Shown piece after piece: positions 62,075 through 64,000 of a stretch of DNA of 64,000 bases. Origin of the DNA: an uncultured Clostridia bacterium (GTDB lineage: Bacteria > Bacillota > Clostridia > Oscillospirales > Acutalibacteraceae); NCBI GenBank assembly GCA_937901145.1, contig CALCHE010000228.1, forward strand, positions 11,709 to 75,708. Reading direction: 5' to 3'. Position numbers and translations under genes: made by a program. The first letter of the stretch is position 1, and each line of letters starts with the position of its first letter. Under the pieces are notes generated by a model. That model saw only the letters and a list, made by a program, of their open reading frames with translations. It made no database searches and was not told the origin of the DNA.

Positions 62075-63205
62075 ATGTGTAAGAAAAGCATAATGTTTCT
62101 GCTCTCGGCCTTAACTGTTTTTGCCGTGTCTGTTTTATGTGTAAGTGCAGAGTGTCAGCACGATTTTTCTCCGTCGGATTTTAATACTAATTTGATTGTA
62201 AATGATGATATGTCACATTCGTATTTTTGCAGAAATGGTTGTGGCGCATACGGTACGGTCAGTGGCGGTGAAAGGGGAAAAGAACTCTGTACATTAGTTA
62301 TTGTTTCTCAGACGGAACCTGATTGCATAAGCGAAGGGAAGAAGATTTATGCGTGCAGAGTCTGTTTCAGCAATAAGATTGAAGTCGTGGATAAAATTCA
62401 GCACAGTTATTCTGCGGTACGCACATTTCCTACTTGTACACAGCAGGGATATGACACTCATACCTGTACAGTGTGTAAAGATAGTTATCGGGATAATTAC
62501 ACAGAGAAGCTGAAGCATATTGCTGACGGCGGTGTGATTGAAGTTTTGCCGACCTATGAAAAAGAGGGTTTATGCAAAGTCTCCTGCAGAATGTGCGGTG
62601 CCTTACTCGAAAGCAAAAGCCTGAGTAGGTTTTTCAGAGAGGAAGAACTGCATTCTTACACAGCAAAGGTAAATAATCTGAAAAGTATGAAAAGTAGTAC
62701 CTCTGCTGTTAAATTAGTATGGGACAGAGCAAAAGGTGCAGATTTATATAAGGTTTCCTTCAGCGCAGACAAGAAAAAATGGAATGTGCGTACGACGGAT
62801 AGGCTTTACATAACACTCAAAGGACTCAGTGCCTCACAATTATATTATTTTAAAGTTACCCCTTTCAGTAACGGCGCAGAAGGGGAGGAAAGTGAAGTCT
62901 TTTCAGTCTGCACCAAACCCGAAAAGGTGGTGCTTACTAAAGTAAAGTCAGCAAAAAAGTCTACTGCTGCATTGAAATGGAAGAAGCAAAACGGAGTCAG
63001 CGGATATGAGATTTCTTATACTGCTGACAGCTTCAAGAAAAAGAAAACTGTCAAGACGGTATCGGTGAAAAAAGGAACATCAAAAACCATCAGAAGGCTT
63101 AAGAGTGGTAAAAAGTATTATTTCAGAGTCAGAGCATATAAAAAATACGGTGCGGTAAAAATCTACGGTGCTTACGGTAAAACAAAGAGCATAAGAATAA
63201 AATGA
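62075..63205 (+). CDS. Secreted protein: Cys-patterned N-terminal repeats plus two fibronectin-III-like domains
   Basis: 376 aa. Signal peptide. Repeated H-x-Y...P-x-C-x(2)-G...C-x(2)-C units. Two approximately 90-aa repeats (LVWDRAKGADLYKVSFS..., LKWKKQNGVSGYEISYT...). Confidence 0.8.
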   Translation: MCKKSIMFLLSALTVFAVSVLCVSAECQHDFSPSDFNTNLIVNDDMSHSYFCRNGCGAYGTVSGGERGKELCTLVIVSQTEPDCISEGKKIYACRVCFSNKIEVVDKIQHSYSAVRTFPTCTQQGYDTHTCTVCKDSYRDNYTEKLKHIADGGVIEVLPTYEKEGLCKVSCRMCGALLESKSLSRFFREEELHSYTAKVNNLKSMKSSTSAVKLVWDRAKGADLYKVSFSADKKKWNVRTTDRLYITLKGLSASQLYYFKVTPFSNGAEGEESEVFSVCTKPEKVVLTKVKSAKKSTAALKWKKQNGVSGYEISYTADSFKKKKTVKTVSVKKGTSKTIRRLKSGKKYYFRVRAYKKYGAVKIYGAYGKTKSIRIK

Positions 63206-63212
63206 AACACTG

Positions 63213-63241
63213 TTGAAAATAAAACAGTATTATGTTATAAT
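63213..63241 (+). promoter_or_regulatory. Promoter of the GH2 gene
   Basis: TTGAAA (63213-63218), 17-nt spacer, extended -10 TGTTATAAT (63233-63241). Confidence 0.5.
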
Positions 63242-63294
63242 ACTGGCAAATATTTCTCAGGAAAGGACAGAACATTTTTGTTCGGGAGAAAATT

Positions 63295-64000
63295 ATGAAG
63301 TATCAGATAAAAAAACTCAGTATCAACGATTTTTCTGTCTATGAGCAGAACAAGCTTGCAGGCAGAAGCTATTTCATTCCGTATAAGGACAAGGAGAAAC
63401 TGCTTAAGCAGACTGTCCTTACGGAAAGATATTCAAGCGACAGGGTCACAGTACTTTCAGGTGATTGGAAGTTCAGATATTTTGAAAAGATTTCACGTCT
63501 TCCTACTGTTATTGACACAGAAGGAATGAGCTTTGACGACATCAGGGTTCCGTCTACCTGGCAGAGAACAGGCTACGAAAACCCCTGTTATCTTAACACA
63601 AGATACGAGTTTCCTATGACTCTTCCAAATGTACCCGATGAAATGTCTGCAGGTGTATATTTCAAAAAATTCACTATCAGAGATATAAGTAATCCTATCA
63701 TTACTTTTCTTGGCGTGTGCTCCTCTCTTACTCTTTATGTGAACGGAAAATATGTCGGATACAGTGAAGGCAGTCATAACAGCGCAGAATTTTCTCTTGA
63801 CGGTTTCGTTAACGAGGGAGAGAATGAGCTTCTGGCTATTGTTTCCAAATGGTGTAACGGTACATATCTCGAATGTCAGGATATGTTCAGGGAAAACGGC
63901 ATTTTCCGTGATGTTTATATAACTGAAAATCCTTCTGAATATATTTTCGATTTCCACGCAAAAACCTGTGAGAAATCCGAGGGATATTCTTTAGAAATCG
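63295..64000 (+). CDS. GH2 beta-galactosidase-type glycoside hydrolase, N-terminal part (runs off the window end)
   Basis: Open frame from ATG 63295 to the window end, read by hand. MKYQIKKLSINDF...IRVPSTWQRTGYENPCYLNTRYEFP...SKWCNGTYLECQDMFRENGIFRDVYI matches the GH2 sugar-binding-domain signatures. Absent from the ORF track because it has no stop. Confidence 0.85.
   Translation, partial: MKYQIKKLSINDFSVYEQNKLAGRSYFIPYKDKEKLLKQTVLTERYSSDRVTVLSGDWKFRYFEKISRLPTVIDTEGMSFDDIRVPSTWQRTGYENPCYLNTRYEFPMTLPNVPDEMSAGVYFKKFTIRDISNPIITFLGVCSSLTLYVNGKYVGYSEGSHNSAEFSLDGFVNEGENELLAIVSKWCNGTYLECQDMFRENGIFRDVYITENPSEYIFDFHAKTCEKSEGYSLEI

Noticed and set aside
63341-63957. Track ORFs 63341-63529 (+) and 63493-63957 (-).
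   Set aside because: Both overlap the open GH2 reading frame that starts at 63295, which has clear family signatures. They are out-of-frame or antisense artefacts.
1-64000. Scan for CRISPR arrays, IS/transposase or integrase genes, prophage blocks, tRNA/rRNA genes and long direct or inverted repeats.
   Set aside because: Nothing found by eye. There are no regularly spaced repeats, no recombinase-like ORFs and no cloverleaf with tRNA consensus loops. The only repeated sequences are the short cassette signals of the peptide family and the three GCAGAGGA loops, both reported above.

Overview
Low-GC Firmicutes chromosome, class Clostridia. The taxonomic call rests on gene content: SigG, hrcA with a CIRCE operator, a T-box on alaS, and queT behind a preQ1-type leader. 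The rumen/gut Oscillospiraceae-Ruminococcaceae flavour is inference only. The window is densely packed and mostly housekeeping. Recognised genes and modules: hrcA-grpE-dnaK-dnaJ, uvrC, a BMP-type nucleoside ABC importer plus pdp, ung-glmM, glpK, nadE, rfbA, alaS, comEC-holA, ispF, thiN, pgk-tpiA-gpmI, deoC-deoD-deoB-cdd and sigG. No tRNA, rRNA, CRISPR array, transposase or integrase was seen. Three things are not explained by ordinary annotation. (1) Four unannotated genes encode 34-44-aa aromatic, anionic amphipathic peptides with no signal peptide. They sit at two loci (3.5-4.8 kb and 13.6-14.4 kb). Three consensus promoters serve the four genes (P1 and P2 share one), and there are three strong terminators. 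Two Sec-signal proteins, each with its own promoter and terminator, carry the same peptide module. (2) A unit of about 570 nt (27.87-28.45 kb) runs from a consensus promoter to a strong terminator and has no ORF of 60 aa or more. It contains three hairpins that each display the identical loop GCAGAGGA, so it is a candidate large structured ncRNA. (3) An isolated 81-nt GC-rich four-way-junction element lies at 3404-3484. Start codons were re-picked by hand where the ORF track over-extends. All family names are from motif recognition only, because no searches could be run.
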